Below are positions 28,187-36,465 of a stretch of DNA of 57,760 nucleotides, in pieces. The notes under the pieces are model-generated. The model saw only the letters and a list, made by a program, of their open reading frames with translations. It made no database searches and was not told the origin of the DNA. This stretch comes from a bacterium (lineage in GTDB: Bacteria; Krumholzibacteriota; Krumholzibacteriia; LZORAL124-64-63). The stretch spans positions 1 through 57,760 of the forward strand of contig JANOEP010000025.1 of NCBI GenBank assembly GCA_031441465.1, in the 5' to 3' direction. Both the position numbers and the translations under genes were made by a program. How positions within the stretch are numbered: position 1 is the first letter of the stretch; each line of letters starts with the position of its first letter.

Positions 28187-29887
28187 CTAGAAGTAGCCGC
28201 TGGTGACGGCGGTCAGCTGCGGACCGCCCCCCGACCAGGGCCAGGTGAGGTCGAGGCGGGCCACGTCGGCCCGCGCCGAGCGCGTCGGCCCGAAGCGCAG
28301 GCCCACGCCGGTCTCGTGGCGAGTCCGCGCCAGGCCCTGCGTTTCGTCGTGCCACCAAGCGGCGCCGCCGGACTGGAAGACCGCGACGCCGAGCTTGTAG
28401 AGCCCCAGCAGCTCGCCCGGCAACAAGCGGGTCTGCTCGAAGTTCCAGCGCACCAGCCGGTCCCCGACCATGCCGTCATAGTCCAGCGAGCGCAGTCCGC
28501 GTGTCAACCCCAGCGCGAACGCTTCGGGGCCCAGCAGATCCGAACCGTAGGCTCCTTCGATCCAGGCGCGCGACAGGTCCGCCTCGCCCAGGTGGGCGAT
28601 CCAGCCGGCCTCCAGGCCGACTCCCACCGACTGGTTGCTGCGGCTGCCGAGGCTGGCCTGACCCGTGTGACGCAACAGCAGCATGCCCGGGCCGAGGCGG
28701 GACCAGTCCACGGCCCGCCACTCGGCCATGAATCGCTCGTGATCGCTGCCGAGGCACGCCAGCACCGGTCCGGCCGTCAGGCGCAGCAGCGGGTCGAGGT
28801 TCAGGTCTTCCTGGGCGCCGTAGCTCATCACGTAGCGCTCGGTGGTCCAACGACGGCCGAGCGATTCCACCACCAGCAAGGGTTGGACGCGGCGGCCGCT
28901 GCCGCGCGTCAGGGCGGGGCCGGCCGCCGCGCGCAGCTGGGTCGCGCCGACCACCCGGCCGTCCGACAGCGTGACCGCCGCCGGCACCGCGTAGCGGTTG
29001 TCGTCGGACCAGAGACCGAGGCCGAGCCGCCAGATCCTGCCGGGGCCGCGATGGACACGCCGGCTGGCCCAGATCTGGAGGCCACGATCGCGCAGGGGCA
29101 GGCTCGCGTACAGGCTGGCCTCGCCGCCGTCTCCGGCCGGACCGGCGGGCGAGACATAGAAACGGGGCGTGAAGAGGCGGTCCCAGGCGCCGGCCTGCAT
29201 TCCCCAGCTCGTCTCCTCGGCCTGGTACGGCCTGGAGAACCAGAAGCCCCGGGTGCGCCCGTCGCTGAGATCGGTGTAGTCGAACCGGATCTGGTAGGGC
29301 GACCCGAACAGGCGTCGGTCCTGGTAACTCAGCCGGCGGAACGAGCGGTCTTCATCCGCCCCGAAGGAGGCGATCACCTCGACGCCGTAGCCGAGAAAGT
29401 TCTGGTCGGACAGTTCGGCCGACCAGCGGTCCTTGTCCGGGGAATGAGCGTAGCTGGCCGACGTGGTCAACGACCAGGTCTCCTGGACGTGCACTTCCAG
29501 GTTGACCCGTCCGTCCGGCAACGTGTCGACGGGCACCACCGTGACGTTGGTCAGGAAACCCAGGGCGCGCAGGTTGCGCTCGGTCTCCCGCAGCCGACGG
29601 TCGTCCAGGACCTCGCCCGGCGAGAACAGGAACTCGCGCCGCAGCACGGCGTCGCGGGTGTCGAGGTGGACGGTGTTGACCAGGCGGCGGGAGATGCGCA
29701 TCAGGCCGCGGGAGGCGGCGAGTTCGGCCGGCGCGAAGATGTCGGTGACCTCGAGCCTGACCTCGCCGACACGCAACGGGACCTCCGTCCCGGTGGCTCC
29801 GACGCCGTCAGCGGCACCCAGCAGGACCAGACCGGACAGGATCGCGACCAACCCTGGATGATGTCGAGAATCACGCCAAATTGTCAT
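28187..29887 (-). CDS. Omp85/BamA-like outer-membrane protein with a POTRA domain
   Basis: Signal peptide. POTRA TRDAVLRREFLFSPGE...ETERNLRALGF...VQETWS. Barrel start DQNFLGYG, LRSLDY as an analogue of the (V/L)RG(F/Y) loop, GVGLRF, and a C-terminal Phe. The start codon is uncertain. Confidence 0.72.
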   Translation of the reverse strand: MTIWRDSRHHPGLVAILSGLVLLGAADGVGATGTEVPLRVGEVRLEVTDIFAPAELAASRGLMRISRRLVNTVHLDTRDAVLRREFLFSPGEVLDDRRLRETERNLRALGFLTNVTVVPVDTLPDGRVNLEVHVQETWSLTTSASYAHSPDKDRWSAELSDQNFLGYGVEVIASFGADEDRSFRRLSYQDRRLFGSPYQIRFDYTDLSDGRTRGFWFSRPYQAEETSWGMQAGAWDRLFTPRFYVSPAGPAGDGGEASLYASLPLRDRGLQIWASRRVHRGPGRIWRLGLGLWSDDNRYAVPAAVTLSDGRVVGATQLRAAAGPALTRGSGRRVQPLLVVESLGRRWTTERYVMSYGAQEDLNLDPLLRLTAGPVLACLGSDHERFMAEWRAVDWSRLGPGMLLLRHTGQASLGSRSNQSVGVGLEAGWIAHLGEADLSRAWIEGAYGSDLLGPEAFALGLTRGLRSLDYDGMVGDRLVRWNFEQTRLLPGELLGLYKLGVAVFQSGGAAWWHDETQGLARTRHETGVGLRFGPTRSARADVARLDLTWPWSGGGPQLTAVTSGYF

Positions 29888-30131
29888 GTCGAATCTGTCT
29901 GCCCGTCTGCTGATCATGACATCTTGTCGGGTGTGCGGCATGACGCCCCGCAGGTCGCGGCCCCCGTCCAACCGGGATCAAATCACGTATCGTTAGACCT
30001 GTCAAGACATTGCGCCGACAAAAGCCCCGTCGCGCGCAGCGGGCACAGCCCTTGATCTACGTTCCATGTGCCTGCGCGAACCGCCGCCTCTGCGGCCACC
30101 GATAAGAACGGACCACTTCAGGAGGAACGAC

Positions 30132-30548
30132 ATGACGACCAATCAGATGCCCATGAACCTGGCGACGCTGCTGGACACCTTCTTCACGCCCGCGGCCACG
30201 TGCGCCGGCGCGGATCACGAGCTGGGCATCGCCCCGCGCACCGAAGTTTTCGAGGGCGACAAGGATTACATCATCCGCATGGACCTGCCCGGGGTCAACC
30301 GCCAGGACCTGGAGATCGAGATCGAGAACGACACGCTGTCGGTCAAGGCCCGGCGCGAGATGAAGGCCGACGAGGGCTACCGGGCCGTCCGGCGCGAGCA
30401 GACCGGCGCCATCACCTACCGGCGCTCCTTCGACCTGGTCCGCCAGATCGATCCCGACAGCATCCGGGCCGAGATGGAACTCGGCGTGCTGTCGATCACG
30501 CTGGCCAAGCACGCCCAGGCCATGCCGCGGCGGATCGAAGTGAAGTGA
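30132..30548 (+). CDS. Hsp20/alpha-crystallin small heat-shock protein
   Basis: AGGAGG RBS. Motifs DLPGV...LEI, YRRSF.L, A....GVL.ITL.K and the terminal IEV. Confidence 0.92.
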   Translation: MTTNQMPMNLATLLDTFFTPAATCAGADHELGIAPRTEVFEGDKDYIIRMDLPGVNRQDLEIEIENDTLSVKARREMKADEGYRAVRREQTGAITYRRSFDLVRQIDPDSIRAEMELGVLSITLAKHAQAMPRRIEVK

Positions 30549-30626
30549 CCGCGATCCGACAAGGACGTCGGCGCACGGGCGAGAATGGCCGGGACAATGT
30601 CCCGGCTTTCTCGTATCATGCCCGCC

Positions 30627-31502
30627 ATGCGACTGATGAGCTTCCGACATCCCGATGGTCCCCGACCGGGCGTGGCCCTGACCGACAAGGTCTGCCTCGA
30701 CCTGATGGCCGCGGACCGTTCCCTGCCCCGCTCCTGGAACGCGCTGTTCGCGCGCATGTCCGAGGTGCGCGCGCTGGCCGACCGCTGGCGCAACCCCAGC
30801 GACGTGATCGACGGCGTGCCCCTGTTCTCCCGCTCGAAGTACCCCCTGATGCCGCCGGTCCCGTACCCCTCGAAGATCATCGGCGTGGGCCTGAACTACC
30901 GCGACCACGCCGAGGAGCAGCGCAAGGCGCCGCCGCCGCGCCCGATGCTCTTCAGCAAGGCCACGACCTGCCTACAGGCCGACCACGGCCCGATCCTGCT
31001 GGACCCCGATCTGACCCAGGTCGACGCCGAGGCTGAACTCGCCGTGGTGATCGGGCGCCACGGACGCGGCATCTCCCGCGCGGACGCGCCGTCGCACATC
31101 GCCGGCTACATGTGCTTCAACGACGTCTCGGACCGGGAGGCCCAGCAGGCCGACAAACAGTTCTTCCGCGGCAAGAGCCTCGACACCGGCGGCCCGTGCG
31201 GCCCCTGGCTGGTCACCCCCGACGAACTGCCGCACCTCGCGGACGGCCTCGACATCACCGGCACGCTCAACGGCGAGGTCGTCCAGCGCAGCAACACCGA
31301 GCAGCTCATCTTCCCCATCGACGAGCTGATCCGCTTCGCCAGCCTGCACATGACCCTCCTGCCGGGCGACATCATCACCACCGGCACCCCGGGCGGCGTG
31401 GGCGTGTACCGCGATCCCCCCCGCTTCCTGCGTCCCGGCGACGTCTACGAGGTCGCGATCCAGGGCGTGGGCGTGCTGTCCAACCACGTCGAAGCCTACT
31501 AG
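30627..31502 (+). CDS. Fumarylacetoacetate hydrolase family protein (FAHD/MhpD-like)
   Basis: Motifs KIIGVGLNYRDHA, DAEAELAVVIG, NDVSDR, GKSLDT and LLPGDIITTGTPGGVG. Confidence 0.9.
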   Translation: MRLMSFRHPDGPRPGVALTDKVCLDLMAADRSLPRSWNALFARMSEVRALADRWRNPSDVIDGVPLFSRSKYPLMPPVPYPSKIIGVGLNYRDHAEEQRKAPPPRPMLFSKATTCLQADHGPILLDPDLTQVDAEAELAVVIGRHGRGISRADAPSHIAGYMCFNDVSDREAQQADKQFFRGKSLDTGGPCGPWLVTPDELPHLADGLDITGTLNGEVVQRSNTEQLIFPIDELIRFASLHMTLLPGDIITTGTPGGVGVYRDPPRFLRPGDVYEVAIQGVGVLSNHVEAY

Positions 31503-31525
31503 TCCCCCCTGCCCCGCTCCTCCGG

Positions 31526-31552
31526 TCAAGTCGGCCGCCCGGCGGCCGATGA
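31526..31552 (+). promoter_or_regulatory. Putative sigma28 promoter
   Basis: TCAA-N15-GCCGATGA, 50 nt upstream of the ATG at 31603. Confidence 0.75.
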
Positions 31553-31602
31553 CACGCGCGATGCACCGCCGTCCCCGCGCGCCCCAACCCCGGAGCCGAG
31601 CC

Positions 31603-32145
31603 ATGGCCCGCGCCGCGACCGCCAATCCGTTCCAGATGGCGAAGCTCCTGCTCGCCCTGCCCCGCTACGAGACCTACCTGCGGCCCCACAACGCCATGAT
31701 CGGCGAGCGCGACTTCCGGCTCTGCCTGGCGCAACTGCTGCAGAATCTGGCGGGACGCCTGCTCGTGGCGCTGGAGATGCGCGGCCGCGCCTTCGGTCCG
31801 CAGCAGCACGAGATCCTCGAGGAGACGGCCGAGGACCTCGGCGTGCTCATCACCCACCTCAACCGCCGCGGCGCGATCAGGCTGGCCCGGCCGTTGCGGC
31901 ACACCGTCGCCGAGCTGGGCGATCTCGACGGCCGCCTGGTGCTGCTGCTCGAACAGGCCTGGCGCGGCGTGCACACGCTGCTGCAGCCGGCCGTCACCGG
32001 CGACGACTTCGTGCAGGAGGCGCAACGCCTGGGCGGGATCCTGGAAGCCTTCGCCGAGGCGTCGGAGGAACGCAACCAGCGGCTCGGGCTGGGCTGGGAA
32101 TCAGAAATCGGCTTGAACCCCTTCACCGGTCGGCGCAAGGACTGA
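31603..32145 (+). CDS. Hypothetical all-helical protein (180 aa)
   Basis: GGAG RBS at 31592, host-like codon usage and amphipathic helices. No family firmly recognised. Confidence 0.72.
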   Translation: MARAATANPFQMAKLLLALPRYETYLRPHNAMIGERDFRLCLAQLLQNLAGRLLVALEMRGRAFGPQQHEILEETAEDLGVLITHLNRRGAIRLARPLRHTVAELGDLDGRLVLLLEQAWRGVHTLLQPAVTGDDFVQEAQRLGGILEAFAEASEERNQRLGLGWESEIGLNPFTGRRKD

Positions 32146-32224
32146 GTTGTGCCGTCGAGGTTGTGTCCGGCCGCGCCGGCCGCCGGGTCTTTGGCCTGAG
32201 GCCATGCATCCCAGGCTTGCAATT

Positions 32225-33103
32225 CTAGGCCTTCATACTTGCGCGTCCCATCAGCGGAACGAGGCGAGTGCGCAATTCGCGCACGACCGAGGCGAGCGTC
32301 GTTTCTCCGGCATCGATGCCGCTCCTGGACAGGAACGAATTCCAGAGACGGATCTTCTGTTCGTCGCGGGCGAACACGTCGGTCAGGCCGGCGGGAACAT
32401 CGGCGGGGATGTCGGCCCCTCTTCGTTCGAAGGTCGATCGCACGGCGACGACGAGATCGTCTTCTGCGACATCCATGGTTCCCAGGATCCGCCACAGATC
32501 ATAATAGTCCTTGAGTCGGGAGTTGATGTCCCCCAGCGCGACCATGGCCTCGAGTTTCTCGGCGATGACATACTGCGGGCGGTAGGCCAGGATCCAGGGC
32601 GATTCGAGATCAAGCAACGTCGGGAATTTCAAGTCGACAGCATGGGAATCCGCTGCATCGCCGAATCCGATGTCGAGTTGCAGAGGAATCCGAGTCCGGC
32701 CGAGACGAGCCAGGAGCTTGATCCTGATCCCGTCGTGCAGCGAGGTCTCCCGGATCGCCTCGCCCCGGATCGTGTCGGTCGGGAAGTCCAGTCCGTCATC
32801 ATCGGCTTCGACGGCGGAGATCTCGGCGACGACCGCTTCCAGGCGGGCGATGTCGGGTGAGCCGAGCCCGAGCAGGTCGATGTCCTGCGTAGGACGCGCC
32901 ACGTCGTTCTGCCAGGCATGAAACAAAAAGGCGCCCTTCAGCAGGAACGACTCCCTATGCCGCGAGCGGCCGAGACGATAGAGAAAACGCTCCAGCCCGT
33001 ACCTGGTCAGGACCGCCTGGAAGTCGGCGTCTTCCCGATGGGCGAGGTCGAGCAGCCGTTGGCGCCGCGATGCTTGAAGGCGTTCACGATCCGACGGCGT
33101 CAA
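32225..33103 (-). CDS. abiEii: AbiEii-family nucleotidyltransferase toxin (type IV TA)
   Basis: TTG start overlapping the antitoxin stop (TTGA). Motifs ERFLYRL, LLKGA, RPTQDIDL, DIGFGD, IAEKLEA and SRLKDYYDL. Confidence 0.88.
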   Translation of the reverse strand: MTPSDRERLQASRRQRLLDLAHREDADFQAVLTRYGLERFLYRLGRSRHRESFLLKGAFLFHAWQNDVARPTQDIDLLGLGSPDIARLEAVVAEISAVEADDDGLDFPTDTIRGEAIRETSLHDGIRIKLLARLGRTRIPLQLDIGFGDAADSHAVDLKFPTLLDLESPWILAYRPQYVIAEKLEAMVALGDINSRLKDYYDLWRILGTMDVAEDDLVVAVRSTFERRGADIPADVPAGLTDVFARDEQKIRLWNSFLSRSGIDAGETTLASVVRELRTRLVPLMGRASMKA

Positions 33104-33720
33104 ACGAGAGCCTCCAAATAGGGCTTGATGACGGTCTTCACATGACTGATCTCTGCGAACCGCCAGATCCGGGCGGGTGTCGCCCGCCGTTGTCGGAGAC
33201 ATTCCCTCAGCGCCTCGATGGCGACGTCCATGCCCACCCGGTTGCGGAACTTGAAGCAGTCGGTCACGGTCTTTGCCGGCTCGTAGATCCTCACCGGAAC
33301 CCGTCCCAGCTCGTGGACCCCGATACCCTCGTGAAAGGCCCGGCCGGTGAACCGGACGATCTCGATCGCAGCCGGTGTGTCGGCCGGAGCCAGTTTCGAG
33401 CCTTCGACGGCCAGCCAGACAGCACGGGGGGACTGGGTGGTCAGCTCGTGGAAGCGCAGCGCCGACAGCAAGCACACCACGGCACCCGGATATCGTTTTG
33501 CGGTCACGATGAGCGATTCGTGTTCGGTCGGTACACGATCGGGAAGCGTGTACTGGCCGCGATTCAGCTTGACGAGCAGTTCTTTGGCCACGAGCCGTTG
33601 GAGGTAGGCGGCCGAACAACCCATCGCGCGCAGGTCGCGGGGGCGTAGGATACCGAGGTCGGCGACCAGCCTGAGAATTTCAGTCTCGATGGGGGACGGA
33701 TTGCCCGCTTGACGTGCCAT
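33100..33720 (-). CDS. abiEi: AbiEi-family antitoxin (N-terminal wHTH)
   Basis: Motifs RGQY, VVCLLSALRFHELTTQSP, KTVTDCFKFRNRVGMDVAIEAL and PYLEAL. Confidence 0.9.
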   Translation of the reverse strand: MARQAGNPSPIETEILRLVADLGILRPRDLRAMGCSAAYLQRLVAKELLVKLNRGQYTLPDRVPTEHESLIVTAKRYPGAVVCLLSALRFHELTTQSPRAVWLAVEGSKLAPADTPAAIEIVRFTGRAFHEGIGVHELGRVPVRIYEPAKTVTDCFKFRNRVGMDVAIEALRECLRQRRATPARIWRFAEISHVKTVIKPYLEALV

Positions 33721-33727
33721 GATCGGC

Positions 33728-33779
33728 ATTGTGCCAAAAAAGCGAATGTCTGTCAAGAACTATCGCTATTTAGACACAA
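33728..33779 (-). promoter_or_regulatory. abiE sigma70 promoter with a 17-bp inverted repeat (putative AbiEi operator)
   Basis: Minus strand TTGACA(33756-33751)-N17-CACAAT with an extended TG. Inverted repeat arms 33729-33745 and 33763-33779 match at 14/17. Confidence 0.7.
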
Positions 33780-33973
33780 ATGAGCGGAGACTGCTGGGAG
33801 ACTCTTTTAGGAGTATTGCGGCCATTGTAGCTCTGCTGGATTCAAACTGACCCGCGACCCGGCGCTCGGCCGCCTTGCTCCCCTCGGGGCTTCCGTGCTA
33901 CGTTGCCCTCCGTCACTCCCGCGGCGCCGGCTCCGGCGCCGCCTGCCTGGACCCCGACGGAGCGGGAGCACGG

Positions 33974-35239
33974 ATGCCGTCCCTCACTTCCTCGCCGATC
34001 TCCCCGCCGCGCCTCGTCGCGGCCCTCTGCGTGGCGCTGGCGCTGCTCGGGCCCGCCGCCGCATCGCGCGCCCAGGACGGGCCCGTGTTCGGGCCGATCA
34101 CCATCGAGGGCAACAGCTCCACGCAGTCCGCGCTCATCCGCCAGGAGCTGGGCTTCGCCGAAGGAGACCGTTTCGACTTCGCGGTCCTGGACCGGGCCTG
34201 GGAGCACCTGGAGGACCTGGGCTGGTTCGCCTACGTGGATCTCGTCTACGACGACGAGGGCGGCGACGTCGTCCCGGTGACCGTGGTCGTCGAGGAGGAC
34301 GCGACGTTCCACTACTACCCGATCATCGACTACGACCGCCGCTGGGACGTCCTGCTCGGCGCCCGCGCCTACGACATCAACTACCGGGGCCGGGGGGAAC
34401 GGCTCTCGTTCGCGGCCACGTGGTACGCGCGGCACGGCTACGACATCGACTGGGACCATCCCTGGCTGTTCGGGGTCGATGGCCTGTCCTGGGGCTTGAC
34501 CGCCGGCTGGGAACACGCCGACTTCGTCCACCGCGAGACGAAGTTCGATCGCTGGGGAGTCGGCAGCCACGTGCGCTGGGACTACCGTCGTCCCCTGTTC
34601 GCGCAGGCGGAGCTGTCCACCGGCGGCTTCCGCCAGCAGAGCGCCATCGACGACCTGCCGGATCCCTGGCCTTCCATGACGCGCCACCGCACGACGCTGC
34701 GCGGCACCCTGGGCCTGGACAGCCGCAACCAGCCCTGGTACCCCACGAGCGGTTACTACCATCGACTGATCGCCGAGCGCACCGTCGGCGACGAGTTCGA
34801 TGATTTCACGCTGCTGACCGGCGACCTGCGGGCCTTCCTGCCGCTGCCCTGGGGCCACGTGCTCGCGCTGCGCTCCTGGGGACGGCGCGCCGATGGGCGC
34901 GTCCCGCCCGAAGACCTGCTCTGGTGGGGCGGCCCCGAGACCCTGCGCGGTTACGGCTACGCCGGCATGGTCGGCGACGAAGGCTTCCTGCTGAGCGCCG
35001 AGTACCGCTGGCCGTTGTTCCTGATGACGATCTCCGGCGACGGGCGCGTCATCGGCGTGGGCGTGCACGCCTTCTCGGACGTCGGCGCGAACTGGTTCGA
35101 CGGCGGCGGACGCCATCCCCTGGCCAGCTGGGGCGGCGGCGCGCACATCAACATCTCGAACCACCAGTTCCGCTTCGAACTCGCGGTGCCCGAGCACGAC
35201 GACGCGGTGTTCCAGTTCATGGACTCCTTCAACTTCTGA
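33974..35239 (+). CDS. Omp85/BamA/TamA-like outer-membrane protein with a single POTRA domain
   Basis: Signal peptide. POTRA ITIEGNSST...IRQEL...L..LGWF. Barrel INYRGRGE, DSRNQPWYPTSG, GGPETLRGY, AEYRWP and FSDVG, with a C-terminal Phe. Confidence 0.85.
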   Translation: MPSLTSSPISPPRLVAALCVALALLGPAAASRAQDGPVFGPITIEGNSSTQSALIRQELGFAEGDRFDFAVLDRAWEHLEDLGWFAYVDLVYDDEGGDVVPVTVVVEEDATFHYYPIIDYDRRWDVLLGARAYDINYRGRGERLSFAATWYARHGYDIDWDHPWLFGVDGLSWGLTAGWEHADFVHRETKFDRWGVGSHVRWDYRRPLFAQAELSTGGFRQQSAIDDLPDPWPSMTRHRTTLRGTLGLDSRNQPWYPTSGYYHRLIAERTVGDEFDDFTLLTGDLRAFLPLPWGHVLALRSWGRRADGRVPPEDLLWWGGPETLRGYGYAGMVGDEGFLLSAEYRWPLFLMTISGDGRVIGVGVHAFSDVGANWFDGGGRHPLASWGGGAHINISNHQFRFELAVPEHDDAVFQFMDSFNF

Positions 35240-35252
35240 CGAGGGGGTGAAC

Positions 35253-36311
35253 ATGCTGCCCGGTGAGAAGGTCTACCTGACCCGCTTCGCCAAGAGCGCC
35301 GGCTGAGCGGCCAAGCTCGGCCCGGAGGGCCTCGAGGCGATCCTCGCGAGTCTACCCGACACCCGGCGTCCGGAGCTGCTGGTCGGCTACGAGACGTCGG
35401 ACGATGCCGCCGTCTACGCGCTGACCGCCGAGCACGCCCTGGTTTCCACGGCCGACTTCATCACCCCGGTGCTGGACGACCCCCGCGCCTTCGGGGCGGT
35501 GGCGGCCGCCAACTCCCTGAGCGACGTCTACGCGATGGGCGGCAGGCCCCTGGTCGCCTTGAACCTCTGCGGCTTCCCCGAAAAAGCGCTGCCCCTGACA
35601 GTTCTGGGCGAGATCTTCGCCGGCGCCGCGGCGGTCTGCCGGGAGGCGGGGGTCGTGATCGGCGGCGGCCACACCGTGCGCGACGAGGAGCTGAAATTCG
35701 GTCTCGCGGTGACGGGGGTCGTGCATCCGGACCGGATCCTGCGCAACAGCGCCGCTCGCCCCGGCGATCTGCTGGTGCTGACCAAACCGCTGGGCACCGG
35801 CGCGCTGGCGGCGGCCCTGAAGAAGGGCGTGCTGCCCGAAGCGGGGCCGGGCTACGCGGCGCTGGTCGGCACGATGACCGCCCTGAACCGCTGCGGCGCG
35901 GTCCTGCACGCCTGCGGCGTGCGCGCCTGCACCGACGTGACCGGGTTCGGGCTCGCGGGGCACGCCTCCGAGATGGCCTTGGGCGCCGGCGTCCAACTCG
36001 TGATCAGCACCGCCGCGCTGCCCCTGCTGCCCGACGCGGTCGGCCTGTGCGGCCGCGGTTTCACCTGCGGCGGCACCCAGGCCAACCGCAGCTTCGGCGC
36101 TGCGCGCATCGGTTACGCGCCCGCACTCGGCGAGGACATGATCGGCCTGGTCAACGACCCCCAGACCTCCGGCGGCCTGCTCTTCTCCGTCCCGCCCCAC
36201 CGCTGTGAGGAGGCCCGCGCGGCCGTCCTCGCCCACGGCGCCCTCTGCGCGGCCGTCGTCGGCGAAGTCCACCCCCTTGCTCCCGGATCCACTCCAGTTT
36301 TCTTCGGATAA
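35253..36311 (+). CDS. selD: Selenophosphate synthetase, selenocysteine-containing (UGA codon 18 at 35304-35306)
   Basis: RBS GAGGGGG before the ATG at 35253. Reads MLPGEKVYLTRFAKSAG-U-AAKLGPEGL...SDDAAVY...TADFITPV, NSLSDVYAMGG, GGHT, TDVTGFGL and DPQTSGGL, all in frame with the ORF 35469-36311. Confidence 0.93.
35307..35336 (+). promoter_or_regulatory. Putative bacterial SECIS element
   Basis: Directly after the UGA: upper stem GGCCC-GGA-GGGCC (35319-35331) with a G-first apical loop starting 17 nt after the UGA. Lower pairing CTC(G)/(C)GAG. Confidence 0.65.
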
Positions 36312-36336
36312 ATTGAAGTGTGGTGCGCATTGCCGC

Positions 36337-36363
36337 TCAAGGCGGCTCGCTCCGGGCCGATAG
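36337..36363 (+). promoter_or_regulatory. Putative sigma28 promoter for the HDOD gene
   Basis: TCAA-N15-GCCGATAG in the selD-HDOD intergenic region. Confidence 0.78.
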
Positions 36364-36465
36364 CTTCTCCACATCCGGACTTGGCGGCGCGGACCCGGTG
36401 AGGAGATCGTGGGGACCGGGATGCGCGACGGGAAGGATCCGGGAGAGATCGAGGAGGAGCCTCAC

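Noticed and set aside
30040..30110. CIRCE, sigma32 or sigma28 site upstream of hsp20
   Set aside because: No CIRCE repeat. The CTTGA..CCAT spacing is too short, and ACCGATAA lacks a properly spaced -35.
33835..33850. tRNA-Sec-like anticodon word (GCTGGATTCAAA), and a GGAAGATC start at 21186
   Set aside because: No cloverleaf, T-arm or acceptor stem around either.
35253..35306. selD as a pseudogene with a nonsense mutation
   Set aside because: The stop is UGA at exactly the catalytic residue, is followed by a SECIS-like hairpin, and the rest of the gene is intact.
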